This document shows positions 8,444 through 17,580 of a DNA stretch of 24,599 nt, one piece after another. The stretch comes from Elusimicrobiota bacterium (lineage in GTDB: Bacteria > Elusimicrobiota > Elusimicrobia > UBA1565 > UBA9628). Position 1 is the first letter of the stretch. Each line of letters opens with the position of its first letter. The DNA is taken from positions 1 to 24,599 of the forward strand of contig DAHVNA010000031.1 of assembly GCA_027319565.1 (NCBI GenBank), read 5' to 3'. Below the pieces are notes generated by a model. That model saw only the letters and a list, made by a program, of their open reading frames with translations. It did not search any database and was not told the origin of the DNA. A program made the translations under genes and the position numbers.

Positions 8444-10012
8444 ATGAAGACACTTAACGACCTTTTAGATCATGCGGCCCAAACCGCGGCGCCGCGCGCG
8501 GGCCTACTCACCGCGGAAAAATTTATTTCTTACGCGGAACTAGAAAACCGCGTTCTCTTAGCGGCATCGGGCCTCAAAACGCGCGGAATCAGAAAAGGCG
8601 ATCGCGTCGCCATCGTCCACAGAAACGACCCGGTCTTTATCGAGGCTTATTTTTCTCTCTCTCGCTTGGGAGCCCTCGCGGTCCCTATCAACTATATGAT
8701 CCATAACCCGGAAGAATTGGCCTATATGCTCAATGATTGCGGAGCCTCCGGCATCGTCACCCAAAAAGAATTTTTAAAAGGGCTTAGAGAAGCCGTTAAA
8801 ATTATGCCGAAAGCGCCTCGTCTGTGGATTAGCGACGCCTTGAGTTCGGAATGTCATGAAAATGAAGAACCCTTTTCGGAACTCTACACAGGCCAAGCCC
8901 AAAGCTTAGACTCGAACATTTCCGAAGATGATGTCGCCGCCATACTCTACACCTCGGGGACGACCGGCAAACCCAAGGGAGTCATGCTCACGCATAAAAA
9001 CCTAGTTACCAACACCGAAGGCGGCATCGCCCGGCTCAATCTCTTTTCTCATGATTCCAGCCTCGCCATTTTGCCGATGTTTCACACCTTGGCTTGGACC
9101 GCCAATGTTTTGGTTTCGATGCGCTTGGGTTCCCGATTAGCGATCGCTCCCTCCATTACCCCTCCCAAACCATGGCTGAACCTCATGGCCAAGAGTAAAA
9201 CCACATTGTTTTTAGCGGTGCCCCAGATTTATTCTCTCTTAGCCAAATCTTCCAAAGGGCTTAAAGGTTTCGTTTTGCGCCATTGGTATTTCCGAAAGGT
9301 GCGCATGGCGGTCTCGGGAGCGGCGCCTCTTCCCGTGGCGACGCTCGAAAATTTTGAGCGCTCATTTAAAGTAAAAATTCTCGAGGGTTATGGCCTGACT
9401 GAAACATCTCCGGTCATCACCATTAATTCCCCCGAACGCCCCAAGCCCGGCAGCGTGGGAAAGCCCATCGACGGCGTAGAGGTTAAAATCATCGATGATG
9501 CAGAGCGCACACTTAAAGCCGGAGAAGAAGGCGAAATCTGCGCGAAAGGCAATTGCGTGATGAAAGGGTATTACAACCTTCCCGAAGAGACAAAGCAAAC
9601 CTTCACTAAGGATGGTTGGCTTAAAACCGGAGACATAGGAACTTTAGACGAGGAGGGATATCTCTTCATTCGCGACCGCAAAAAAGACATGATTATTATT
9701 AAGGGGCTTAAAGTTTTCTCGGCCCAAGTCGAGGCGGTTCTGGCGGAAAACCCGGAGATTCTCGAATCCGCCGTCATCGGAGTGCCCGATGAACATGGCG
9801 ATGAAATCATTAAAGCCTTTATCGTTCTCAAGCCGGGCTCGAAAGAAGACAAACCATCACTGATGAAATACTGCCGGGAAAAGTTTGACTCCTATAAACG
9901 CCCGCGCGATATAGAGATTGTCGAGTCCTTGCCCAAAAATTCTCTCCAGAAAATTCTCAAAAGGACCTTGCGCGAGATGGAAATTAAAAAGCGCGCGGCG
10001 TCTGTCGGTTAA
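8444..10012 (+). CDS. Long-chain-fatty-acid--CoA ligase-like AMP-binding enzyme
   Basis: YTSGTTGKPKG, LPMFH, SGAAPL, EGYGLTE, WLKTGD, DRKKDMII, LPKNSLQKI. Substrate specificity is inferred, not shown. Confidence 0.85.
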   Translation: MKTLNDLLDHAAQTAAPRAGLLTAEKFISYAELENRVLLAASGLKTRGIRKGDRVAIVHRNDPVFIEAYFSLSRLGALAVPINYMIHNPEELAYMLNDCGASGIVTQKEFLKGLREAVKIMPKAPRLWISDALSSECHENEEPFSELYTGQAQSLDSNISEDDVAAILYTSGTTGKPKGVMLTHKNLVTNTEGGIARLNLFSHDSSLAILPMFHTLAWTANVLVSMRLGSRLAIAPSITPPKPWLNLMAKSKTTLFLAVPQIYSLLAKSSKGLKGFVLRHWYFRKVRMAVSGAAPLPVATLENFERSFKVKILEGYGLTETSPVITINSPERPKPGSVGKPIDGVEVKIIDDAERTLKAGEEGEICAKGNCVMKGYYNLPEETKQTFTKDGWLKTGDIGTLDEEGYLFIRDRKKDMIIIKGLKVFSAQVEAVLAENPEILESAVIGVPDEHGDEIIKAFIVLKPGSKEDKPSLMKYCREKFDSYKRPRDIEIVESLPKNSLQKILKRTLREMEIKKRAASVG

Positions 10013-10016
10013 GCGA

Positions 10017-11498
10017 GTGCCCGCTCTGGTAACCCGCTGGCCCAGGGAGGCCGCCGAACTTCTGTCTATTGCCGCCGACTTCGACCCAAACCTATTTGCG
10101 GTCGGAGGCTCGGTCAGAGACGTCTTTCTTAAGCGGCCCATCTACGATCTTGATCTAGCCTCTTTTTCAGCCGCCGCGTTGTCTAACAAACTGGCTTCCA
10201 TTCTCCGGGCAAAGAAAATCACTCTCGATGAAGACAACATAGTCTTTCGACTCATTCTTCCCAATCGTTACCAAGAAACTCGTCAAATAGACATCGCTCA
10301 AATACAAGGAAAGAGTATTGAAGAAGATCTCAAACGGCGAGATTTCACCGTCAACGCAATGGCCTGGTCTTCCTCCAAGAAAAACTTTTTAGACCCGCGA
10401 GAGGGAATGAAAGATCTCGCGAAAAAAACCATCCGCTGTAGGTCTGAAAAAATACTGCGCGCCGATCCTTTGAGAATATTGCGCGCCTTTCGTCAGTCTG
10501 CTCAGCTTGGCTTTAAGATAGAAAAAAATACTTTAAAACTCATCAAAGAAGTCAAAGCCTTGACGCTGAAATCCGCCAGAGAAAGAATCCGAAGCGAAAT
10601 TCTGGCCCTGCTGGAAGTCCCGGGCTCCTCGCAACAACTCCTAGCGATGGATGAATGCGGAGTTTTGACTTCCCTATTTAAGGATTTGGAGTCCCAGAGA
10701 AATACCGCGGTTGAATACTACGGGAAAGGCGGGGTCCTGACTCATTCTCTCACCGCGGCCCAAAGAGCCGATTTTTTGATGAGTCACCTCAAACTCATTT
10801 TTCCAAAAGATTATCCCGCCATCAGAGAATGTCGAAGAAACATCGTCATTCTCGCCGCCCTTCTCCATGATATCGCCAAACCTGAGACCGCCCGGGTCAT
10901 CAAAGGACGACTCCATTTTTTCGGGCATGATTTAGCGGGCGCCGCGAAAGTCTCTAAACTCCTTGAAGGCCTTCGTTTTTCAAGAGAAGAAATATCTCTT
11001 ATCGAATCGGCCACGCGCCATCATTTAAGGCCGGGTTATTTGGCCGAGTCAGAGCAGATTACCGAGAGAAGCCTTTACCGATTTTTCCGAGACACGGGAA
11101 AAGACGCGCTTTATGTTCTCTTAACCGCTTGGGCCGATCATGCCAGCTATATACCGGAAAAGTCGCTATTAAAATTCTTGCCTCTTGCAAGAAAACCCGT
11201 TGGAAAAGGTCTGGAAAAAGCCCCGCAAGCTCTCAGAAAGACCCTGCGGCATCTTCAAACCGTCAACCTTTTAGTCTCCCGGCTTTTAAACCCCCAAAAA
11301 GAAGCCGTCCCGACCCCGCTGGTTAATGGAAACGATATCATGAAGGCGCTTAAAATTTCTCCAGGCCCTGAAGTCGGGAATATGATTGAAAAAATACGGG
11401 AAGAGCAAGCCCTAGGCAAGATTAGAACTAAAGAAGAAGCCCTTCATTTTTTAAGCGCTTTTCACCGCCAGGCGCTTGCCAGGCGAAGCGGCACCTGA
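10017..11498 (+). CDS. Class II tRNA nucleotidyltransferase with HD domain, probably CC-adding
   Basis: VGGSVRD..YDLDL (catalytic DxD), EEDLKRRDFTVNA, DPLRILRAFR, ERIRSE. HD domain: THS..LLHDIAK..FFGHD..HH. Start placed at GTG 10017 just after the upstream stop; the track's 9918 start overlaps the ligase gene. Confidence 0.85.
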   Translation: MPALVTRWPREAAELLSIAADFDPNLFAVGGSVRDVFLKRPIYDLDLASFSAAALSNKLASILRAKKITLDEDNIVFRLILPNRYQETRQIDIAQIQGKSIEEDLKRRDFTVNAMAWSSSKKNFLDPREGMKDLAKKTIRCRSEKILRADPLRILRAFRQSAQLGFKIEKNTLKLIKEVKALTLKSARERIRSEILALLEVPGSSQQLLAMDECGVLTSLFKDLESQRNTAVEYYGKGGVLTHSLTAAQRADFLMSHLKLIFPKDYPAIRECRRNIVILAALLHDIAKPETARVIKGRLHFFGHDLAGAAKVSKLLEGLRFSREEISLIESATRHHLRPGYLAESEQITERSLYRFFRDTGKDALYVLLTAWADHASYIPEKSLLKFLPLARKPVGKGLEKAPQALRKTLRHLQTVNLLVSRLLNPQKEAVPTPLVNGNDIMKALKISPGPEVGNMIEKIREEQALGKIRTKEEALHFLSAFHRQALARRSGT

Positions 11499-13480
11499 CA
11501 GCGATCCGCGAAATAAGGAATCAAGGCCTTAATAAATGGAACCTGCTTTTCCGCCGCTTCTTCTCCCGCCCGGATAATTTCCTGAGCGCGATGGAGATCG
11601 CTCCAGGAAAACCCCTTAATATCCGGCTGAATGACAATTTGAGAAAGTCCGGAACGCGATTTGGCGATTTCATATTCCGCAGTATAAATCATATGAAAAA
11701 AAACCCGCGCAAGACTTGGGGCGCCTAAAATGGCGGGCGCTTTAGGATTTTCCGTACTGTGATCTTTTCTACCGGTATAACTAGAAGCCGGCAAGGTTAA
11801 ATTAATTGAAATTAAAACATCCGCTCCTTGATCGGAGACCACGCGAACGGGAACCGGATTTACCAATCCCCCATCGATGAGATATCTCCCATTCATCAAA
11901 TAGGGCTCAAAGATAACCGGCAAGCTTGAGCTAGCTCGAACCGCTTCCGCCAAATTGCCATCGTTGATAATGATTTCTTCTCCGGTTTCAATATCGGTGG
12001 CCACGCAAGCGAAAGGAATCTCGCAATCTAAAAACTTTTTTTGCCCAAAAAGAGAGCGGTAAAGATTGAGTAAAGAATCCCCCGAAAAAATGCCAGAACG
12101 CGGAACGCTTAAATCAAGGAAAAGCCGGCTATACATCCAAAATTTGTCTATGCGCAAAGCGACGCTCTCCATTTCCTCTGGCTCCATCCCCACCGCCGCC
12201 AAGCCGCCAATCAAGGCGCCCATCGAAGTTCCGGAGACAAGGTCAATGGGAATTCCCTCCCGCTTAAACACCTTTAGAATGCCAATAATGGAATAGCCCA
12301 AAGCCGCGCCGGAACCGCAAGCAAGGCCGATCCGAATATGCCCTAAACGGCGCGCTAAACGCTCAACAGCCGAGCGGGTTTTTGGAGAAGTTTCAAGAGC
12401 TTCATAAATCCCAAATCCGGAGTTCATTTTTTCCTTAATAACGGAATTCCAGGGAATGACTAAATCACGGCCTTGCCCGGCGCGCAAAACATCCTCCGGA
12501 GGATTATCTCCGCACCAGGCGCGCAAAAGCCTGGACTCCGGGACCAAGGGAGAAAACTCTTCTTCTAATTTTCGGTATTGCGACAAGCAAGAAATCGAAC
12601 CAAGCAAGACGACCTTATCGGCCTCAAGCAAAACTTTTTCTTCGACAGGCCCCACAGGTCCACTTAAGCTCACTAAAACTAAGTCATGGGCCTCGCGTAA
12701 AAAATTGACAAAAAGATAAATTCCTGACAAAAGACTCCCTGATAAATTTTCGGCCGGGATGCTTAAAACTTCAAGGCCCGAGACATGCTGCTGGGACAAG
12801 GTTCGAATTCTCCCCGGATCCCGCAAATTCATGCTCAAAAGAAGCTGACGGGTAACCGGTTGAGATTTAAAGCCCAAATATTGAGCCACGGCCCCGGCAT
12901 CAGGATTCATGTCTATCAGCAAAACCCGTCGGCGAGTTTGTTCCAGCAGCTGAAGTCCGAGATGCACGCTCAACAAATGTCTTTCTTCGGTCTCGCAAGC
13001 GCAGTAAAAAGCGAAAAATTGGGTAGACTCCGCCAATTTTTTAGGCGCTCCGCGAGTTGTCTGAATCAAGCGTTTGGTGAGAACATGAGTCAGGTGAATG
13101 GAGATAGAGGGATTTTCTCTCAAAATTTCATGAAAATCCGCTCTCGGAAGCCGGAGAAATTCGCAGGTGCTGACCAATTGGACGCTGGCCGTCCGGCGCT
13201 CTCCCGTCAAAACGCCGCCTTCCCCCAAGGTCTCGCCTCGTCCCAAGAAGGCGTCGACAACTTCTTCATTCCCTCTTAAATGAACCACGCGCACTAACCC
13301 CGAGGCGATGATAAACAGATCATCCGGCTCGTCGCCTTGTCTAAAGAGAGTCGCACCCTTGGGCAAGGACAACAACTGCATTTTCTGGGCGATTTTCCGC
13401 AATTCTTCATTAGATAGGCCGGAAAAAATAGGAATACCCGCCAGAAACAACTCCCATGCGGAAATCTCTTCCGGGGTCAT
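11462..13480 (-). CDS. Cyclic-nucleotide-binding domain + degenerate MinD/ParA-like middle domain + patatin phospholipase (NTE-like architecture)
   Basis: cNMP domain: LFRQGD..LFIIASGLV..GETLGEGGVL..RRTAS. Middle domain: RRVLLIDMN..SGLEVL..HDLVLV. Patatin: GSGAALG, GTSMG, LIDGG. Confidence 0.88.
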   Translation of the reverse strand: MTPEEISAWELFLAGIPIFSGLSNEELRKIAQKMQLLSLPKGATLFRQGDEPDDLFIIASGLVRVVHLRGNEEVVDAFLGRGETLGEGGVLTGERRTASVQLVSTCEFLRLPRADFHEILRENPSISIHLTHVLTKRLIQTTRGAPKKLAESTQFFAFYCACETEERHLLSVHLGLQLLEQTRRRVLLIDMNPDAGAVAQYLGFKSQPVTRQLLLSMNLRDPGRIRTLSQQHVSGLEVLSIPAENLSGSLLSGIYLFVNFLREAHDLVLVSLSGPVGPVEEKVLLEADKVVLLGSISCLSQYRKLEEEFSPLVPESRLLRAWCGDNPPEDVLRAGQGRDLVIPWNSVIKEKMNSGFGIYEALETSPKTRSAVERLARRLGHIRIGLACGSGAALGYSIIGILKVFKREGIPIDLVSGTSMGALIGGLAAVGMEPEEMESVALRIDKFWMYSRLFLDLSVPRSGIFSGDSLLNLYRSLFGQKKFLDCEIPFACVATDIETGEEIIINDGNLAEAVRASSSLPVIFEPYLMNGRYLIDGGLVNPVPVRVVSDQGADVLISINLTLPASSYTGRKDHSTENPKAPAILGAPSLARVFFHMIYTAEYEIAKSRSGLSQIVIQPDIKGFSWSDLHRAQEIIRAGEEAAEKQVPFIKALIPYFADRCQVPLRLASAWR

Positions 13481-13486
13481 AGCTTT

Positions 13487-13515
13487 AGTATAATGCCAAA
13501 AGGGCGTTAGCGCAA
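13487..13515 (-). promoter_or_regulatory. Sigma70 promoter for a leaderless cNMP-patatin transcript
   Basis: Minus strand TTGCGC-17 nt-TATACT-AAAGCT-ATG. No SD. Confidence 0.7.
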
Positions 13516-13528
13516 CCCTCAGGCTTGG

Positions 13529-14065
13529 TTAACGCGTCAAAGATTGGCAAACTAAAAGCGCGATGACGGTCTTAGAATCCTTGATTTCGCCGCGGTAGAG
13601 AAGTTTGAGCGCCTCGTCAAGAGAAATCACGATTCGATCGATAAATTCGTCGTCATCGGGAGAACTGGCCCCAGGTTTTATTTTTCGAGCGATAAACAGA
13701 TGCAAAATTTCATTAGCGAAAGCCGGCGTCGGCCAATAACTCAACAGCGGTTCTATCCGCCCGCCGGAATATCCGGTCTCTTCTTTCAATTCTCTCCTGG
13801 CGCAAACGACGGGGTTTTCCCCGGGGGAGAGTTTTCCCGCCGGAATTTCCAAGGTCACCTGGCGCACCGGATAGCGGTATTGTTTCACCATCACGATTCT
13901 CTTGGGGTCGATGAATGGAACGATGCCCACCGCCCCCGGATGGTCGAGATATTCCCGGGTCGCCGTTTTCCCATTGGGAAGCCGGACTTGGTCCACGCAA
14001 AAATCGACGGCCTTGCCACGATAAACCCGGCGGGTTCTCAAACGTTTCTCCAAAAGATGGTTCAT
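13529..14065 (-). CDS. nudF: Nudix hydrolase, ADP-ribose pyrophosphatase (NudF) family
   Basis: Nudix box GKLSPGENPVVCARRELKEETGY. ADPRase features: LPNG..REYLDHPGAV, QYRYP, TPAF, DDDEFI, IKDSKT. Confidence 0.85.
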   Translation of the reverse strand: MNHLLEKRLRTRRVYRGKAVDFCVDQVRLPNGKTATREYLDHPGAVGIVPFIDPKRIVMVKQYRYPVRQVTLEIPAGKLSPGENPVVCARRELKEETGYSGGRIEPLLSYWPTPAFANEILHLFIARKIKPGASSPDDDEFIDRIVISLDEALKLLYRGEIKDSKTVIALLVCQSLTR

Positions 14066-14071
14066 AGCTTA

Positions 14072-14100
14072 AGTATAGCGGGATAGAACACGGCATGCAA
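14072..14100 (-). promoter_or_regulatory. Sigma70 promoter for a leaderless nudF transcript; the -35 coincides with dnaE codons 1-2
   Basis: Minus strand TTGCAT (14100-14095), 17 nt spacer, TATACT (14077-14072), TAAGCT, ATG. Confidence 0.7.
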
Positions 14101-17100
14101 CCAGAATTTGTCCACCTGCATAATCACTCCGAATACTCTTTAATGGATGGGCTTATCCGCCTCAGCGATCATTCCGGAAAACCGTCGGCCGCTCTGGAAA
14201 GTCTCGCAAAACAAAAAGCCCGAGCGTTCGCCTTGACCGATCATGGAAATATGTACGGGGCCATCGAATTTTACCGCAACTGTTCCCAAGTGGGAATTGT
14301 CCCCATCATCGGATGCGAGATGTATTTCGCCAAAGGCTCGCGCTTTGACCGCGGCCATTCTCAAAAAGAAAACTGCCACCTGACCGTTTTGGCGCGAAAC
14401 CTCGAAGGCTATCAAAACTTAATGGCCCTGGTCAGCAAGGGTTATTCGGAAGGATATTACTATGACCCGAGAATCGACAAAGAGCTTTTATCCAAACATT
14501 CCAAAGGCCTCATCGTCTTGTCCGGATGCCTCAAATCCGAAATCAGCCAGCTGATTGTCTCCGGAAATTTGGTTGAAGCGGAAAAGCTGTGCGCCTGGTT
14601 TCGCGACACGCTCGATCCCGACTGCTTTTACCTTGAAATCATGGATCACGGAATAGAAAAGCAACAACAGGTTCTCAAGGCTCTATTAGAGGTGCACGCA
14701 AAAACGAATATCCCCCTGATTGCCACCAACGACTGCCACTATTCTCACGCGTCCGATCATGACGCTCATGACGCTCGGGTCTGCATCGCCACCGGCCGGA
14801 AAATCGAGGATACCGATCGGCTTAAATTCGAGAGCCATCAATTTTATCTCAAGACAGCGGAAGAAATGCACAAACTGTTTTCTTTCGCGCCCCAAGCCCT
14901 CAATAATACCCTCAAAGTCGCCGAGATGTGCCATTTAAAAATTCCGATGGACCAGTTGATGTTGCCGCAGTTCGATGTCCCAGAAGGATTTACCCAAGAT
15001 TCTTTTCTTGAAAAGCTCTGCGTGGACGGGCTTAAAAAGCGGCTAGGCGAAACCATCCCGACCAACTATCAAGAACGATTAAGCTATGAACTCTCGGTCA
15101 TTAAGAGAATGGGGTTTTCCGGATACTTTTTAATTGTCAGCGATTTCATTCAATACGCGCGCTCTCAAAATATTCCGGTCGGGCCCGGGCGGGGTTCCGG
15201 AGCCGGAGCCTTGGTGGCCTACGCCCTTAAAATCACCAACATCGACCCCATTCAAAATCGGCTGCTGTTTGAAAGATTTCTCAATCCCGATCGAAAGTCA
15301 ATGCCGGACCTCGACATCGACTTTGCCGACACGGGACGAGACCGGGTCATCGCCTATGTCCGCCAAAAATATGGAGAGGGAAATGTCGCGCAAATCATCA
15401 CCTTTGGGTCCTTGGGCGCGAAACTCGTCATCCGAGACGTAGCCCGGGTCATGGGGCTGCCTATTTCAGAAGCCGACCGAATCGCCAAGATGATTCCAGG
15501 CGGCCCCAACATCTCCCTGCACGAAGAACTTAAAAATAACTCGGATTTAAAAGAGGCGATCAAAAATCCTTCCACTAAAAAACTCATCGATTTGGCCTTA
15601 AAACTAGAAGGGCTTAAGCGACACACCGGCGTTCACGCCGCGGGAACCGTCATAACCAAAGAGCCGGTCGTCCACTATGCCCCCCTGGCCAAAAGCTCTC
15701 ATTCCGATGTCACGACGACCCAATATGACGGAGACTCCCTTGCCAAGCTCGGACTTCTAAAAATCGATTTCTTGGGTTTAAGAACCCTTTCGATTATTGA
15801 CGGCGCCGTCCGCCTCATTCGAGAGAGAACAGATCCCCGATTCGATATTGAAAATATCCCGATGGCGGACCCCAAAACATTCGAGCTTTTGCGCTCCGCC
15901 CAAGCCCTTGGGGTGTTTCAATTAGATTCCAAGGGCATCCGCAATCTTCTGCGCAATCTAAAACCTAATACTTTTGAAGACATCGTCAGCGTCATCGCTC
16001 TTTTCAGGCCGGGCCCCATGCAATCTGGAATGCTCGACATGTTTGTCGATCGCAAAAACGGACGCAAGAAAATTTCTTACGCGCATCCCCTTCTTGAACC
16101 CATCTTGAAAGACACCTACGGATGCGTGGTCTTTCAAGAGCAGGTGATGGAAATCGCCAAGAAACTCGCCAACTTTACTCCCGGACAAGCCGACAGCCTC
16201 AGAAAAGCCATGGGAAAAAAAATTCCGGAGGAAATCGAAAAGCTCAGAAATGATTTTATTAAAGGAGCGGCAGACCATTCCATCGACAAATCCCTGGCCG
16301 ATAAAATTTATGACCAGCTCGTCGAATTCGGCGGATATGGGTTCAACAAATCCCATTCCGCGGCCTATGGGCTCGTGGCCTATCAAACCGCCTACTTAAA
16401 AGCCAATTTCCCTCTGGAATTCATGACGGCCCTTCTTACCTCCGAAATCGGCCATTCCTCAGTCCAGGCCGAAGGGAAAGAGAATAAATTAGTCGTCTAT
16501 ATCGAAGAAGCGGAAAGAATGGGCCTTCGCGTGTTGCCGCCGGATGTCAAATCCTCGGAAGTTTTTTTCGCGCCCGAGGACGACAATTCCATCCGCTTTG
16601 GGCTTGTCGCGATAAAAAATGTCGGGCACGCCGCGGCGGAAGAAATCGTCCATGCTCGAAAAGAAAAAAACTTCTCTTCTTGGGGAGATTTCATAGGCCG
16701 CATGGGCGGCCAAGCCTTAAACAAACGCACCCTTGAGTCTCTGATTAAAGCGGGAGCCGCCGACAACCTAGACCCCGAGAAAGATATCCCGCTCAAACGC
16801 TCTCGCCTTCTGGCTGAAATAGAGCATTCAAGCCACGCCCAATCCTCCCGGCAAAAAGACATAGAAAGCGGCCAAGGACTTCTTTTTTCATCCGAAGAAT
16901 TCGCTCCAACCTTAAGCCAAGAATCAAAAAAGTTCGCCGTCTTTAATGAGGCCGATATTCTTAAGTTTGAAAAAGAGGTGCTGGGGTTTTATCTTTCCGG
17001 GCATCCGCTGACCCCTCTTAAAGAGCGCTTGCTGAAATTGGCGACCTGTCCCATTTCGGAGTTGTCTAACGCCCCATCGGAAAATATCCGCCTTGCCGGA

Positions 17101-17580
17101 ATCATCACCCAGGTCACAAAAATGACCTCTAAACGCAGCAAGGAGCCTTGGGCCAAGGCTATCCTTGAAGACTTAAGCGGAGAAATCTCCCTTTTGGCTT
17201 TTCCGCGAATTTACGCGAGCTTGGGACCGGAAAAGATAAAGACGGGTCTTGTCGTGATCGCCACGGGAAGGCTCAACGCCAAAGAAGAAGACGGCGGCGA
17301 AAAAGAGCTGATTGTCGAATCAATAGAAGATTTTGAGGCCGCTTGGCAAAAAAAACAGTTTCTCCAAATTACCCTTAACGATGCCCCGGAAGAAGAAACC
17401 TTGATCTCTCTTCGGGAAAATCTCGAAAATCACCCCGGGCCCTCCAAAGTTTTTCTAGAAATCAAAGGATCGGGCGGAGTTTTGGAGCTGGATTATTGCG
17501 TCAACATCAATCAAAATTTGTTAAAATCCATCGAAGCCCTTTTGGGCCAATCCTCATGGCAGATCAAAAGCGAATCCTAA
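14095..17580 (+). CDS. dnaE: DNA polymerase III alpha subunit
   Basis: PHP domain (HLHNHSEYSLMDG, TDHG, TNDCHY), GPGRGSGAG, FERFLNPDR.SMPDLDID, GLLKIDFLGL, YGFNKSH, HhH, OB fold. 1161 aa with no intein-sized insertion. Confidence 0.97.
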   Translation: MQPEFVHLHNHSEYSLMDGLIRLSDHSGKPSAALESLAKQKARAFALTDHGNMYGAIEFYRNCSQVGIVPIIGCEMYFAKGSRFDRGHSQKENCHLTVLARNLEGYQNLMALVSKGYSEGYYYDPRIDKELLSKHSKGLIVLSGCLKSEISQLIVSGNLVEAEKLCAWFRDTLDPDCFYLEIMDHGIEKQQQVLKALLEVHAKTNIPLIATNDCHYSHASDHDAHDARVCIATGRKIEDTDRLKFESHQFYLKTAEEMHKLFSFAPQALNNTLKVAEMCHLKIPMDQLMLPQFDVPEGFTQDSFLEKLCVDGLKKRLGETIPTNYQERLSYELSVIKRMGFSGYFLIVSDFIQYARSQNIPVGPGRGSGAGALVAYALKITNIDPIQNRLLFERFLNPDRKSMPDLDIDFADTGRDRVIAYVRQKYGEGNVAQIITFGSLGAKLVIRDVARVMGLPISEADRIAKMIPGGPNISLHEELKNNSDLKEAIKNPSTKKLIDLALKLEGLKRHTGVHAAGTVITKEPVVHYAPLAKSSHSDVTTTQYDGDSLAKLGLLKIDFLGLRTLSIIDGAVRLIRERTDPRFDIENIPMADPKTFELLRSAQALGVFQLDSKGIRNLLRNLKPNTFEDIVSVIALFRPGPMQSGMLDMFVDRKNGRKKISYAHPLLEPILKDTYGCVVFQEQVMEIAKKLANFTPGQADSLRKAMGKKIPEEIEKLRNDFIKGAADHSIDKSLADKIYDQLVEFGGYGFNKSHSAAYGLVAYQTAYLKANFPLEFMTALLTSEIGHSSVQAEGKENKLVVYIEEAERMGLRVLPPDVKSSEVFFAPEDDNSIRFGLVAIKNVGHAAAEEIVHARKEKNFSSWGDFIGRMGGQALNKRTLESLIKAGAADNLDPEKDIPLKRSRLLAEIEHSSHAQSSRQKDIESGQGLLFSSEEFAPTLSQESKKFAVFNEADILKFEKEVLGFYLSGHPLTPLKERLLKLATCPISELSNAPSENIRLAGIITQVTKMTSKRSKEPWAKAILEDLSGEISLLAFPRIYASLGPEKIKTGLVVIATGRLNAKEEDGGEKELIVESIEDFEAAWQKKQFLQITLNDAPEEETLISLRENLENHPGPSKVFLEIKGSGGVLELDYCVNINQNLLKSIEALLGQSSWQIKSES

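Noticed and set aside
8436..8447. Mini-ORF ATG AAT CCA TGA overlapping the ligase start
   Set aside because: Its ATG lies within the predicted -10 box, upstream of the predicted +1, and it has no SD. Probably chance.
9918..10016. N-terminal extension of the tRNA nucleotidyltransferase in the ORF track
   Set aside because: It overlaps the acyl-CoA ligase 3' end by 95 nt and shows no family-like sequence. The in-frame GTG at 10017 fits better.
11462..14065. cNMP-patatin plus Nudix as a CBASS/Pycsar-like defence system
   Set aside because: There is no CD-NTase or cyclase nearby. The Nudix is a housekeeping NudF type, the neighbouring nucleotidyltransferase is a class II tRNA enzyme, and the context is core genes.
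14095..17580. Possible intein or split in dnaE
   Set aside because: The length (1161 aa) is normal, the motifs are contiguous, and I saw no splice-junction or homing-endonuclease motifs.
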